Part shown: in pieces, positions 46,848 through 62,387 of the stretch
Layout: each line of letters starts with the position of its first letter
Position numbering within the stretch: position 1 is the first letter of the stretch
Assembly (NCBI GenBank): GCA_044892525.1
Contig: CM097885.1
Location: 33,606,001-33,670,000, forward strand
Length of the DNA stretch: 64,000 nucleotides
From: Schmidtea polychroa
Taxonomy: Eukaryota
Direction of reading: 5' to 3'
Translations under genes and position numbers: made by a program
The notes under the pieces: model-generated
Databases searched by the model: none
Seen by the model: only the letters and a program-made list of their open reading frames with translations
What the model was told of the DNA's origin: nothing

Positions 46848-46849
<2 letters not shown>
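45780..46849. mobile_element. Probable solo LTR (~1070 bp)
   Basis: TGTTG...CAACA termini and a purine-skewed non-coding interior. Interrupts the (TAA)n tract of the right TIR. Flanks TTAC/TTAT. Confidence 0.6.
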
Positions 46850-46922
<73 letters not shown>

Positions 46923-47269
46923 GATTATTATTATTATTATTACTAATATTATTCCATTAAAATTTTCATTAAAAAATTTTAATTATCAAGCACCGTCTAT
47001 TATTCCAACTTTTTGTTACTAAATTTAAAAATTATTACTTTAATTTAAAATCTTTGACCATTGATTACTCAATTTTAAATTTAGAACCTTAATTTACTTT
47101 AATTGAAAAATTTGGACCTTAATTTACTTTAATTTAAAATTTTGAACCTTAATTTACTTATTTGGCCCATTGATTACTTTAATTTAGGTATTAATTTACT
47201 TTAATTCAATTATTAGACCCACAATTTACTTTAATTGAAAAATCTGAGCCCATAATTTACTGTAATTCA

Positions 47270-48210
47270 AAAATTTACTACGCTTTTTGAGTGAAGATTC
47301 CCTTTTTGTATTGAAAATCTCAGGACCAAGGAGACCCACCTTGATTTAATGTAAACCACTTTTTGTATTGCAAATATCCTCAGACCTTAAATTACTATGG
47401 CTTTTTTAGTGATAGACAGAGTTTGTATTGAAAATATTCTGAGACCCTTAATTACCACTCTTTTTTATTGAAAACCACTTTTCCTATTGAAAATCCCAGG
47501 GCCAAGGAGAACTCCTCACTATAGTCTGAATGATTCCATGCTATTTTAGTTTAAACCCATTTTTGTATTGAAAATCCCTGGACCAAGGAGACCCACTTTA
47601 ATTTACTTGGAAAAATCCATGCTTTTTTAGTGATAGACGAATTTTCTATTGAAATTCTCAGGACCAAGGAGACCCCTTCACTATAGTCTGAATAATTCCA
47701 TGCTATTTTAGCGAGGACCCTTTTGTTTATTGAAAACTATCTTTTTGTATTAAAACTCCCAGGACCAAGGAGACCCCTCACTATAGTGTGACTAATTCCA
47801 TGCTTTTTTAGTTTAAACCCATTTTTTTATTGAAAATCCCTGGACCAAGGAGACCTCCTCACTATAGTCAGAGAAATCCTTGGCTTTTTAGCGAGGACCC
47901 TTTTTTATTGAAAACTATCTTTTTGTATTAAAACTCTCAGGACTAAGGAGACCCCTCACTATAGTGTGACTAATTCCATGCTTTTTTAGTTTAAACCCAT
48001 TTTTTATTGAAAATCCCTGGACCAAGGAGACCTCCTCACTATAGTCAGAGAAATCCTTGACTTTTTAGCGAGGACTACCTTTTTGTATTGAAAATCACAG
48101 GACCAAGGAGACCCACTTTAATTTACTTGGAAAAATCCATGCTTTTTAAGTGATAGACGGATTTTCTATTGAAATTCTCAGGACCAAGGAGACCTCTCAC
48201 TATAGTCTGA
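47270..48210 (+). repeat. Expanded ~60-bp subterminal repeat array in right TIR of element D
   Basis: Recurrent CCATGCTTTTTTAG..TATTGAAAATCCCAGGACCAAGGAGACC..CACTATAGT. Only about 2-3 copies are in the left TIR (35240-35400). Confidence 0.9.
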
Positions 48211-50402
48211 AAAAATTTATTTGTATTGAAAAATAAATTATGTATTGAAAATCCCAGAAAAAAAAGTAGAGCTCCCTGCAGCAATTGCCTAATAAAAAAG
48301 CAGAAAAATGTAAGTTGCAGCAGAATCCCCCCCGGGTCGTCATTGCTGTAGGGAGCTCCTAATTACCTACTATCACACAATGAATTAAACTAATCTATTA
48401 TATAACAATATGTCAAAATCGTAGTTTAAAGATCAGAGTTTATTTATGATGTTTGATGGTTGTTTTTTAATGTTGGAATGTATGTGTGTTTGTAGGAATT
48501 CTGTTTCAATAATATGTAAACCAATAAGCTCCCATTTTAGATATTATACAATGAAGACCTGGAGATTTGTTTACCTAAATAAGATTTGTTACAACTATGT
48601 CTCTTCTTAACACCAATAAAAATTTTTTTTAATTTTCCATGTATGTTTCTTATAATTTTTAGTTGTTTAGAATTGTGTAACTTGGAATTTTTTAATTAAA
48701 GTATTATGAATAAATAGTTAAACATACATGGCAATGATTTAATTATAAGAAAACGTCAATCAAACATTCTTTTCACGATATATTTTGACAGTTTTCCTGT
48801 CATCATCAGGTAGGATATAATAACTATTTTTTGTTCATTGTATGTATTGATTGTTGTTGTTAAATTAAATATTTAATAAAATTTTTAAATTATTAAATTA
48901 AATTCTAAATGTTAAAATTTTAAAAATTAATGTATTATTTTAATTATAATTTTTAAAAAGAATGAAATGTTTTTATTAAAAAATTTTTTTTTTATAGAAT
49001 TAATAAAATTAATAAATTTGTTTAAAATCCTTATCATGCTGTAAAGAATAATATAAACCTTTCTATACTTTTATTGTTTTTACTATTATTTTTTTTACCT
49101 CGTCATAAAATTTAAATATTTTATTTTCATCGAAGAGTATGCAAATTTTCAAACTAATTCGAAATGAAATAAACTAACAAAAAAGCGAAGTTAAATAAAA
49201 GTTTGTAAAGTATTGTCGAGTATTTATAAACTTTTTCCATTTAAACAAATTAAACATTATATATTTCTCTCTTTTTCTATATTTTTTGTTGACAATAAAT
49301 CAATTACTCTAAACTTTAGAGTCTAAAGTTTCATAAATAAACCGATAGTTCCCTTTAAAAAAATATGATATTTTTCAAAAATTAGAGTGTGGGTTATACA
49401 TGAGGTGCGGACTAGCTAATGAGAAAATTAAATTCTAATATAAAAAAACAAATAAAATAAAAACATTTTCAACGAGATAATTTATTCAATTAAAGCAATT
49501 AACATTTTTATCCGATTTGATATCAACTTTTTGTTGATTTAAGTTACTTTCATCTTCAATACTTTCTAGATCCTTACTTGTAACTGCATTATATTTGATT
49601 TCCTGAAGTCATACTTTCTGGTGTTTTAAAATCCCACGATTGTATAATTTAATGACAAACCTCAATATAAGAAGCTTTTTTTATATTCCCGCCTTTATTA
49701 TAGTTATGATATACACTATGGCTGCCCAAATTAACGATTGAAGGATTTTTAGCGATTAATTTATTTTATAACGATTAAATTTCAAACATTTTTCTTGATT
49801 ACTAACCGAAGTAATGTTGATATTAATAATATTTTATTTTTAACTATTAATTAATCATTAATTATTGGAGATTAATAGTCAAATAAGTTATTATTCGTTA
49901 AATTAAATTAAATTAAATTAAAATTTTTTTTAAATAAAATTATTTTTTTATGTTGTTTGTTTATTCAACTTGATGTTTTATTTGATAATCTAAGAGTATA
50001 TAAATTATAAATTTTGAAATAATATATGCATAACAAAAATGTAATTAAATTTTGTGTGAATAGATAATATTGATTTACAGAATATTAAATAGTGAAAATT
50101 TAGTTTCAAATCGAAATACTCTATTTCATAATCCTAATAATATTTCGTTATATTAAATTTAAATAACTAAAATTTAGGTATAATTGTTATATTTTGCATT
50201 ATTTTTTCCATTTGAATTAAAATAAATCATTTATAGACAGATAATCTGACTAATTAAATATAAAATTTGGAATACAACCTATTTTTTAAAAATTTTACTT
50301 TTATAATTCTTATTTAAATTTTAAAATCTTTATATAATTTTGTGTGCTGATTGTATTTTTAATATTTGATTTAATTATACTAATCTAAATATTTATTTTT
50401 TC

Positions 50403-50640
50403 ATTAAAAAGAGAGCTCGAATACTATAAATTCGTATATATCGATGTTCTTTTGATACTCACGAATTTTGGACACTGCCTTTTTCAAGTGAATTTTCAAA
50501 GGAATTCACTTGAAAAAGGCAGTGTCGAAAATTTGTGAGTATCAAAAAAACATTGATATATTACTGATTTATATCTTCAAGCTCTCTTTTTAATAAATTC
50601 AATGGAAAAATAATCAGTGGTGAAATTGGAAAAAAAATTC
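50403..50640. mobile_element. Penelope-like inverted pseudo-LTR remnant (same family as 31020-31238)
   Basis: Fold-back 50403-50594 with hammerhead-like motifs at 50459-50491 (-) and 50506-50538 (+), and the same one-sided flank. Confidence 0.6.
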
Positions 50641-51745
50641 TTATAATTTATTTTTTCCCTAATATAATAAATCTTTTTTAAATGATAATTGAATTGATAA
50701 TATTAAATTTATTTTATTTGATTTTATTAAAAACAATATATATTTTTATAAAATAATATCCAGAAAAATAAATTGCAATATACCAATCATTTTAAAATAT
50801 AAATTATTAATTCCATTTATAATTTATTATTACTGCAATTATAATGATTAATATTTAATAAGCATTGCAATGTGCTTTTTTTATAAATAATTTTAATAGG
50901 AATTTTGAAATTTAAATAAGTTAAGATCTGAGAATTTTCATTTAGGTTTATAAATTATTCTTATATGTTACTTTCGGGTTAATGCAGCCGGAAAATTAGT
51001 TCGATTAAGGTACAAAAGTTAAATAATTAATTTCAATTATTTTAATGCAACCAAAACCTTTTGAAAAATTACTAAATATACAGAGATTATTTTCGAAATT
51101 GAGAAAATTTCTATAATCCTAAGAAATGTTAAAAATTATGTTATATTATTTGAATTAAAAATCAAAACAATGTATAATATAAATTAATTATTTCATTTAA
51201 AAAATTTATTTTATGGAAAAATAATTTCATTATAGTATAAATTGTAAATTCTGATCATTGTCGTGTCTGTGCTAGAATATCTACTAAATTATTTTTTAAA
51301 TCAGGTTCAAAAGATAACGTCATAATTCCAAATATTCATTTAATCTCAAATATTGTATAATTTTCTAACAAATTTTCAGCCTTGAATAAAATATTTTCAA
51401 AAACCATTTATTAAAATTTCGATATTTAAAATATATTTATTTAAAAATTATTTACTAATAAAACTTCTTTTAAAAGAGTTATTTATTTAAAATTTATCTT
51501 AATAAATCATTGAAATATTTAATTCTCAGCTGTAAACACCTCACAAGCACAATTACATTTTTGATTGTGAATGTTTTGTTTTTGGGATATTTTATCTTGT
51601 TTGAAATTTGCCTGGTGGCCTTGTTTGGAGGAATTAATTGTGGTTATTTAACCCTATTAACCCTATTTTTTTTAAAGAAGTATGTGTTTTATCGTCGGAA
51701 TTTCTCTCACTTCTTGAAGATTAATTGTTTCATTTTAATATCAAA

Positions 51746-52250
51746 ATATCTGATGGTAATGCTACCGTAGTAATTGACAATGGATCTGGTATGTGTAAAA
51801 CAGATCCACGAGTAATGATGCGCCAAGAGCTTTTTTCACGTTTATTATCAGAAGACCTCGTCATCGAGGTGTCAGAGTTGAAATGAGTCAAATGGATTTA
51901 TAAGTATGTGATGAAGTTCAATCAATGATATATGGGATGATATGAAAAAGATCTGGAATCATACATTTTACAATGAATTCAGAATTGCGCCTGAAGAAAA
52001 TCCAGTTTTTCTTACAGAAGCGCCACTGAATTCTAAAGCTAACAGAGAAAGATTACTCGAATCTATTTTGAAACATTCAATGTTCCTGCTATGTATGCTG
52101 GTATCCAATCTATGCTATAAATTTATGCTTTAGGAAAACATTGTTTTAGATTAGGGAGATAGTGTACCACATACTATGCCAATTTATAAAGATTATGTGT
52201 TGCCTCATGCAATTTGCAGAATTGATTTGATTGATTATTTGATGAAAATT
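51746..52250 (+). pseudogene. Actin pseudogene (5' half)
   Basis: [69 protein letters not shown] and LPHAI, with stops and deletions. Confidence 0.93.
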
Positions 52251-52815
52251 AAACAATAAAAATTCATTAATTTTGAAAACAATTTCATTTATTTATTTTT
52301 CCAATTTAAATTATAATTCAGAAAATGTGTTTCATTTATTTTTCTGATAATCTAGACAAAATTCTTGATACTTCAAATGTAATCATACAATTTTAGTTAA
52401 ATTACCATTGGTCTCATACACAGAAAACTAATCAAATATTATTTTATGCGAGGAGCTTTAAGTACAATAAGTCAAAACTGCATTTTTAAATTGTTCGCTG
52501 AAAATATTTGAAGAATATTTTACTTTTACAAATTTCACCATGATGAATTTCGACAGGTAATACATTTCGGTTTTCTTTAAATTATGAAAATTAATAAATT
52601 TAATTAAAAGAAAAAATGTCTTTCTTTTATTTCAATAGGTCTTGCTGCTTCATTGAGTATTTTATTTTTCTTAGCTTGAAAACTTTTAAAGCCATTTTTA
52701 ACTTTTCTTTCACGATTATCCTGTTTTTAAAACTTGAAATGAATAAATATTTATTTTATTCCTAAACACATTCAATTTTGTATATTTCTATCAATTATTT
52801 TTCTAGTAATAATAA

Positions 52816-52936
<121 letters not shown>

Positions 52937-55910
52937 TGTAAGGCGTTTTTGTAATTTGTGTTAAAATAATAGTATGATGTTGTGCATGTTTGATTGCATG
53001 TTGAAATCCTTACTTATTATCATTTTTAGAAACTCCTCAAACAAATTAAAGTTATAATTTATTTTAATAATATTTGTAATATAGAATAATAAACGTGTTA
53101 GTATAATTTGTTCTTATGGATTTGATTAATATCCGTAGCTCTGTGGCTAATATGGCGACCACGATTGCAAATTCGTCAAAGCTGTTCTATCAATCAATAC
53201 AACGAAAAAATTTGAGTTGACAAATGAAACTTTACATTATACAGAAAGATTAAGAAACGCTTATCGATGATCTCAACGAAGTACTAAATTGTCGTCAAGG
53301 AAATATGGCTGCCGAAGAATTCTGCTCAAAAATTGAGAAAAATGCAAACAATATTTTGAAGCATAAACTTGATGAAGAAGAACTAAAGAACAAAGACAGA
53401 CGACAAAAATTCCATAAATCAGAGGCCGCATTCGGCGACGAGGATCCAGAGGATGATTTTGAGTACTCAAACGGGAATTTTCCTCCACACAAGGAGGTGA
53501 TCGGAGCAATAAATTAAAGGTAATTAATGATATGAGTAACGGTTGTTGATTTTGAATGATAACTGTTGTGATGGTGTTTTTGATTATAGAAATTATAGAA
53601 ATTATATACATTAATAAATTTTGTATGGATGGACATTTTAGAGACCCACCTCTAACCTCTAATGAAATACAGTTTTTAATCGTGATAAGCGGAATGATAT
53701 AATAGTATATGATAAAATGCAGGGAAGGTCCAGTGTTACCGTGATGATTAATAATTTAAAATTAGTATGTCTATTAGATACTGGAGCTAAATTAAGTGTG
53801 ATTGATTATAATATTTATAAAAAAATTGGAGATTTGAATATGACTACAAGTAATTAAAATTAAGATGCACGAATGATAGCCCGATTGAAATTTGCGGATA
53901 AACTTTATTAAATGTAAAAGTTGATAAAATTTCTGAAATTAAAAATGTAGAATTCGTTGTAGCCAAAGATATAAACCCAAAGTTAATAGGAGTTATAGAT
54001 TTTCTTGAAATATGTGGAATGCAATTGCAAAAAAACAATTTTGAAGCCGAAATAAATGCAACTATGGAAAGTCATTTTAATTTCCACATTTGACGGCATT
54101 TTTATGAAACATAAATTGGATGTTGGGAAAACCGAACTATTAAAGCATGAAATACTTACTAAGGGTTTGCCGATTGTAATAAACCCTAGACGACAACCTA
54201 TACATTTAATAGAAAAAATTGAAGAAAATATTCAGGAAATATTGAAATATGGCATTATATCAGAATGTACATCTCCTTGGACTTCTCCATTAGTATGTGT
54301 TAAAAAAAAACAGCAGTGATATAAGAATATTTTTGGACTTCCGTGTTTTAAATAATGTAACAGAAAGACCGATTTTCCCATTCCAAATACAGATGAATTA
54401 TTAGAAATTTTTGACGGAGCAAACTTTTTCTCGATAATTGATTTAGGAAATGCTTATTATCAAGTAGAACTCGATGATGCATCAAAATTGAAAACAGCAT
54501 TTTCGACAAAAGGCAAGCAATATTACTTTAACAGAATGCCATTTGGAATAGCCGCCGCACCAGCAACATTTCAAAGACTTATGAATTTTGTTCTTGAAGA
54601 TTTAAATTGGAATGGCACAATTGTATATCTGGATCATATCTTTATATTTTCAAAGACATTGAATGAACATTATAGCACCATTCAAAGGGTTTTTCAAAAT
54701 ATTAAATTAGCAAATCTTAAAATAAGTCCAACAAAATGTCTATTCATAAGGAAAGAAGTAAAGTTTTTGGGTCATATCATTAGTGAAAATGGAATAAAAG
54801 CAAGATTGAAACTATTAAAAATTTTGAAAGACCTAAATGCGTAAAAATCTTGAGAGGATTTTTAAGCTTAGCAAATTACTATCACAGATTTATAGAAAAT
54901 TATACCAAAGATTCCAAAGTATTAGAAGCGTTATGTGGAAGTAAACAAATGAAGCTTATGTGGACTGATGAGTGTGAAACTTCATTTCTATCTATTAAAA
55001 TCTATGTAGATTTTGTGGTCCATTACAACTTGCAATGAGAAGAGAAAGATATATTCTTGGGATTATAGATCATCATAGTAAGTTTATTTCTTTACATGCA
55101 GTGAAATCCCAAGATCAAAAAACAGTGGTAAGATTACCGAAAGAAGAGTGGATAATAAAGTTTGGAGCACCAAGGATAATAAACCGTAACAGAGGTAAAT
55201 CATTTGAATCAAAGCTAATGAAAGATTTTGCAGAATTCCACAATATTAAAATTAATTATTCAAGCCCATATCATAATTCAGCAAATGGACAGATTGAGAG
55301 ACAATCCTGTACAATTACAGATTCAATACAGATAACACTCAAAGATAAAAGACATAAATCATCGGTAGACGTTTTTTCCGAAATTCAGTTTATGGTGAAT
55401 TCAACTTTTCAAAAAACTATTAGGAAGACTTCAGCTGAAATGGTGTTTGGGAAAAAGATTTATAGTGAATGGTTCTCAGAGATGGTAGAAGAAGAAATCA
55501 AGCAGACGACAAATCGCGAATTTCAAATTTGAGATAGCGTATTGATCAAAGTAAATGTTCGAAATAAAGGTGATAACAGATAGATGGGTCCAGGTGTGAT
55601 TACTAAAAAGGTTCGTTATCGAAGTTATGAAATAAAATTGGAAAATGGAAGTTCCATCACGAGAAATATTGATTGGTTAAAGATTTTTAAAAAGGGGTGG
55701 GAGGTGTGAGGAGTTTTTGTAATTTGTGTTAAAATAATGTTATAATGTTGTGCATGTTTGATTTTATGTTTACATATACATTGATTATTATTTTTAAGAA
55801 CTCCTCAAACAAATTAACGTTATAATTTGTTTTAATAATATTTGTAATACAGAATAATAAACGTGTTAGTATAATTAGTTCGATTAATACCCGTAGCTCT
55901 GTGGCTAATA
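52937..55910 (+). mobile_element. Degraded Ty3/Gypsy LTR element
   Basis: LTRs 52937-53152 and 55705-55910, PBS TGGCGACCACGA, PPT. Protease LLDTGA; RT PWTSPL, MPFG, YLDH; integrase fragment; RNase H missing. TSD ATAAT within (AAT)n. Confidence 0.93.
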
Positions 55911-58135
55911 ATAATAATAATATTAATAATTAATATATTACATTACTTGTCATTTATTCAGCCAATTTATTAAAGAAGTCTGTAAATATTTATCTGCTGA
56001 TTTTTAAAATTATATTGCGTACTAATATGCCGGAGAAATTTCGAAATGATACAAATTATATAAATATTTCAAAATTATATTTAAATAAATAAAAATTATA
56101 ATTTGTCTGCTTGTTCAAATAGTTAAGACATTTATTCCATTTGAACAATTTAAGTAATATATTTGTTTACAAAAAGGTTTCTATTGTAGATTTTTTAATT
56201 TAATTCTATATTTTTTTACAAAAATTAGAAAAATTATTTATGTTTTCCAATTGTATTGGAGTCTCACTAATAATCTCAACCTCTTAATATTATACATAAA
56301 TTTTATAAATTAAAAAATTAATTACATTAAATAAATGCATTATTTTATAATATTATTTATTAAAAATGAAACACTCGGAAAACCATTGGCAAAAAATCGT
56401 GTAAAAAATGAAGCAAAATATTGCTTGATGATACAAATTATATAAATTAAATAAATAGCCTACAAATAAAATAAAGGAGATTGAAAATAGATCAATGGCG
56501 CAGAAGATAAAAGATTCTACTGATAGACTTTAAATAAACTACAAATAATATATTATATTATATATAATTATATGTTATATTAATACGCATTTTTGAAAGA
56601 ATTCAATATTAATATATGTATATGTAAAATAGTTATCAAAGTCTAGTTAATGACATAAAATGTTTTTATTCAAAAATAATTAAATATAAGTAATAAAACG
56701 GATCTTCATCTTTAGGAAATCACCAAGCTTTTAAGATTTTCATAACTGTTGTGATATTCTCTAAGTGAATTCTCAGTTGCCAAATGAGTTTCTTTTTTCT
56801 TTTTCATTTCTGGAAGATTTATTGGTCGGACTCGAGACCTGTAAATAAAAATTAATTAAAATGATTTTTATTTGAAATGGCCATTAATGTTTTAGAAGGA
56901 AATGAGTGCGAAAATGTGTGCAATCCAATATATGAGTAATAATTTGTCAGAAATTGCTTTGTTAAATTATGAAATAACAACATTTGGTTGTTTTTTATTT
57001 GGATTTTTTACAATTTGAAGTTATTATAAATTTTAACTTAAAATCTTTGTTTTTGTATTATTCGCAACATATTTTCATTTTATTTATGCATTTTGAGTAG
57101 AAGTGGTGAATATTTATAAATTGTGTTTTTAAGTTTATATATTGAATTTTTTTACGTTTTTCTCTCCAAATTTGTAAATTATAGAGCTATATGAACTTTT
57201 TAATATTTACAATAACGGTTTAAAATGAAATTCGTCCTCATCATTTACTATGTTATTTCTTCATTTACTCGACAATATTTTTTAAAAATTGTATTTGGTT
57301 CTGATTTTGGCATTGTATTCTAAATTCTACATTTTAAAAAGTTTTAACTATCTTGTAATTCTTTATAATTTCTAATTTGTTGTTTTCTAAATATATAAAT
57401 GCGCTTAATTTTTATTGTTGCATGATTTTTATTCTCATTTTGTAAGTCATGCTTCAATTATTATTTAATATATTTACTTAAAAACATGTAAGCGGATGGG
57501 TTGAAATTTTTTAGAGTATAGTGATTTTAACGACTATTGAATATTTACGGGGATGGCATATGGGAATTATCAAAACTATTAATATTGAACTCGAATTAAT
57601 TATTATTTCGTAATAAACACGCGATTTTTAATTAAAATTATATTTCTTATTATTTAGTGGTGAAAGTAATCGAGCAGTTTGTATCCGATCTGGCACAGTT
57701 TTGGTTGGAGATAAACCACCAGAAGAAAGTTGAGATACTGAAGTTATGACGCAGCAACATAGTTCAAACCCGCAAGAAACATCAATGGGTAGACCAGCTT
57801 TTCCAGAAATACCTCAGTAGAGATCAAATTGATTTGCGACATTACAAGTTAAAAACCAATGATGATGTAACTCTAATAATAAGTCGCTTTAAAAAATTGT
57901 TTTCAGATTTTTTATTTACAAAAATAAAAGATTTATTTTTATTAAAAGAAAAATATAATTCAATAATAAAAAATATAAAAAAATTTTAAAAATTGATAAT
58001 TTTATTTTATGCATATTAATTTAAACAAAAATGATTTTTTTATTATAATCACGGACACCCCCATTCGGTTGGCGCCTCTGTCGAAGGGTATAAAAAGTCA
58101 TACTAATTACTTTTCTAATTACACTTAATTTTCCA

Positions 58136-58456
58136 GTGATATTAAATGAAATTTATGACATTTTACTCTATAACACAAAGAGTCTAGTATATTTCTGTAG
58201 TAGAATGATAATAAATAAGGAAAATCATAAAAAATCAAAATCCGGTTTATATATCATAAGAAAAGAAATTGAGTTGTTTCAAGCAACAAAAAGCCAACCT
58301 GAAATGCTTTATAAACTTTTCAGGTCTTTAACAACAAATCGACCAACTTCGATGGAAGCAGAACAAGTATTTTCTGTAATGAGTCATTTCGCTAATAAAC
58401 TCAATAGTGATACGTTGAGTACAATGATGGTTGTAAAGCAGTTCCATAAAAACTGA
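58136..58456 (+). pseudogene. hAT transposase C-terminal remnant
   Basis: LTTNRPTSMEAEQVFSVM resembles the dimerisation motif PxTSxxxERxFS. Confidence 0.6.
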
Positions 58457-59520
58457 GACATTTGTTATACACATATATGCATTTTTATAAAAATTTTATA
58501 AAAATAAATATTCACCTTAGCACATCAGTTGTTTTTGGATCAGATATTTTTGAAACCAGAGATTTAAATGCTGATTCAAAGGAATTCCCTGATTCCCCAA
58601 TGCCTTTGGAATCACAGTTGTAACGTCCAGGTCCAATGAGAGTGTTCTAAGTTAAAAAACATTTTTATATAATTTAACTGAGATAGTATATTTATTTTTA
58701 CTATCTTTTTATTCAAATAATAAGTGAATTCGGAGTATATTTAGTAGTTATTACATAGTGGATAATAACATAAGTTTGAAGAAGTGAGCTATCTAGCACA
58801 CAGGATTCTGATTAATTGAATAAAAGCATAACTCATTCCAACAATGTTCTATTCGATGAATAATAAGTCGGAGGACATTTTATTATGATCTCAAAAATCG
58901 TACAATGAGCGTTCTTGGAAGTATAACAAAAGCATTGAAAATTATTTAGCGCACGATATTTTCGCCTAGTCAAAAAAATAATTTTTTCAAAGGTTTTTAA
59001 GTCAAGACATATTCACTTATCAAAATTTACCAAAAAGAGCATTTAGAATTTCTTCAAATTTTAAGGGTTCTTAAACTTTTATGGTTATTTTGTGTGCTCC
59101 TATTTAATGGTGCTACTTCGATTTTCAAGAATTCAACCATGATGTGTCAATACTTCCAAAGGGTAGAACATTTTGAATTTTGTCCAAATGAAGGTGTTTC
59201 CAATCTTTTATGGTTTCAATTTTTTGTCTGAAGATAAAGTCTTGTTTTTATTACTCAAGTATATATAATATTTACTGAAACACGTGAATATTTGTGCATT
59301 TATTATAAGTTTCTATTATTTTCAATTTTCTTTGTCTTTATTGGTTTAGGATTATAGATAAAATTTTGCTTCAAATAAATAAAATATATGGATTTTTTAA
59401 TCTGAAAATAAATGAAATAGTAAATAAAAATAGATCATTGGTGAAAATAAAAAATTATATTATAGATAATATTGTTTTTCATTGTAAATTTTTATATAAT
59501 ACTATATTTTATTATAAGAC

Positions 59521-59670
59521 TTATTAAAAAGCTTGAAGACTGCTAATAAGTAAATATATCGATGTTTTCGATATTCACGAATTTTCAGCATTGATATATT
59601 TACTGATTCATAGTCTTCAAGCTTTTTAATAAATATAATGGAAAATAAATCACTGGTGAAATTTGAAAAA
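59521..59670. mobile_element. Centre-deleted copy of the Penelope-like hairpin family
   Basis: TTATTAAAAAGCTTGAAGACT...AGTCTTCAAGCTTTTTAATAA plus flank AATGGAAAATAAATCACTGGTGAAATT. Confidence 0.6.
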
Positions 59671-60899
59671 AAAAGTTCTTATAATATAATACTTAGTAAT
59701 TATTATAAATTATTATTTTATAATTATTATTTATGTTATAATAATTTTGAAATTTATTTTAGTTGTAGAGCAATCTCAAATCAATCTTTAGTTAGATTTA
59801 AAATGCAATTTTTTTATTCTAGTTGTAAGCCTGGCTATTATGTCGTAAAATTCAGGATGTAAAGACTTTTATATATTTACATAAACGAAAAATAAATTGT
59901 TAGATTTGTAGTTAATTTAAACATATAGACTAAATTTATTATATTATATATTAAATAGTATTTGTGTGACTGTAATATATTGATATCTTTCAGAATATGA
60001 AAATTCATTATTGAATTCTCCAAGTTTTAGTTAGCAATTTGTTTAAATAATAAATACTGAGAAAATCTTTTGGATATTTAAAGTTATTATTATTATGAAT
60101 GAAAATAAAAATTTCAATAATTTTAATTCTGGATATTGTTTTTAAAAAAAATAATAAAGTTAAATAAGTTATAAATTTGAAAAATAAATAGAAAAATATT
60201 TGTTGATTTGTATTATTTTTATTCAATATCCATTGCTAATTAGGTTAATATTATATAATTGTCTCTTAATTCCATTAGAACAGTTGCTAATTCATTTGTA
60301 TAAGAGTAAAAATTATTAAATATTTATATAATTAAAATTCGAATATTTATTTATTATATTTAATACACTGGAAAATTATTAAATTGAAATAATTTTTTTA
60401 TTTTTTATAATGAAAATTGACATTTATTGATTATGTCTCCATATAAAAATAAAATTAATTGATAAAATATGCAAAATTGTCACACCTTTTCCGTTAAGAA
60501 TTTTAAAAATCAATATAAAATCGATGAAACTGTGTCAATTGTGACGAATCTCGATTTATCATGACGTTGGTGATGTCGCCATTGATTTTTAGTAAACAAA
60601 ATTATTGAAATTTTAAATATTAACAATCCTTGCATGTATTTTCTTTAATTATTTTGCCCAAGTATTAAAAAATGAAAAAAAAACTTTAATGTTTAATTAA
60701 GTTTGAATATTTATTTCTTTATCTTGTGAATATTCTTTTTAATTAAATTGGTGAATTTGCGTGTGAACCCATCCATGTTTCAGATTTCTACTTATCTTTT
60801 AAGATTACTACTGCATTAGTTGAATATTTTTCATTTAAAAGAAAACAATATGTGTAATATGTGAAATAAATTTATGAAATAAATATAATTAGATGTCTA

Positions 60900-62000
60900 T
60901 TTTTTATTTTGATTTTTTTAAAATTTATGATCAAACCTTTAGTGAACCAATAACGAATAATGTCACCATGTTACTTAAAAATCACAAAAATCCTTTCAGA
61001 TGAAATCTCTCGTATATGATGTTAGCACTCATTCCACCACCATTTCAAAATTTCTTTCTGAAATTTTCCAGATACTCTTAACTCCTGTCTCATGTCATTT
61101 TAAAAATACAACCTAATTTTATTTAGAAATTGCAAACTTACATCTTCTTCCAAGTTCCGAACTTTAATATTTCTGGACTTCTTTGCGTCTCTAATCTTTA
61201 TGGATATATTTCAATTACCGACAGCTTCTTTTATTGAAACACTTAAATCTAAAACTGATACTGCTGATTTATCTGATCCTAAGTTTATAAAGCTTTTAAA
61301 ATTTGCAATAAGATCAAATGTTATCTTAATCAATGACTTAGACAAGATTTTCCAAAGTGAGTCGTCACAAATTTTTTACTTATATTTATAAAAAAGAAAA
61401 TTCGATAATTTAAACTAAATTATTATTTGACTCAACTTTACTGATATTCAATATTTTGCATTATGCAAATAATAATTGGAATTCGCTACTATTTGCTAGC
61501 TTGCAATTAGATCATGGATGCTGTTTTATATCATATCAACAGCCAGTCAGGTAACCAAGAGAGAGATGTATGTGCATTAAATATCAGTTGAACAAATATT
61601 ATAATTATTGAACTTTAGACCGATAAACTTAAGCTGCTTAATAAATCGTATATTAAAAACACGCCCATGTCTTAACGAGGTGCTGCCTGTTGCTCTACAA
61701 AGCTGATGATGGTTTAGACTAGCTATCATAGCTCAAAATTTAAATTAATATTTTTTTTCACTATAAACAAGTCTTAATTTAGTTTAACAAAATCTAAAAT
61801 GCAACAATCCAATTTCAAAAAATCAACCTCTAAGAAAATAAGCAATTTCAAAATTTGATAAATATTTACATTTTCTCCCATAAAGTTAGCAAGAGCAAAT
61901 TTATTCATTCTGATATCTGATGAGCCAAATCCGGCTTTTGATTTTCCAATTTTGCAAAGAGATTGACAAGGATCATATGAAGCAGGACTAACTTGATTCT
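60900..62000 (-). pseudogene. Possible very old non-LTR RT remnant
   Basis: Less AT-rich stretch with weak fragments (KAGFG, LRHG, LFA*) in RT order. Boundaries approximate. Confidence 0.2.
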
Positions 62001-62304
62001 ATCATAAAATTAAAATTAATTTTTAAAATGAAATATTTAATCACTTTTAAATGTATTATTCTTTTTTCAATATTTTATTATATAAAAACATAAAAATTAT
62101 ACTTGAATATTTATTTATTATAATTAAATTATACATTTATTTAAAAACTTGACTATGAATCAGTAAAGATATCGATGTTTTTTTGGATATTCAAGAATTT
62201 TCGGCACTGTCTTTTTCAAGTGATTTTTTTATACATTTTTTTTATATTATTGTTTTTTTTATATTATTGTTATTAAATTTAATAATATTATTATTATAAT
62301 TATA

Positions 62305-62387
<83 letters not shown>

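Noticed and set aside
47500..48210. CTCACTATAG resembling the T7 promoter (vector contamination)
   Set aside because: It lacks TAATACGA and is part of a diverged TIR repeat also present at ~9492 and ~35250.
56690..56860. Possible host exon on the minus strand (good acceptor at ~56840)
   Set aside because: No long open frame or recognisable protein follows.
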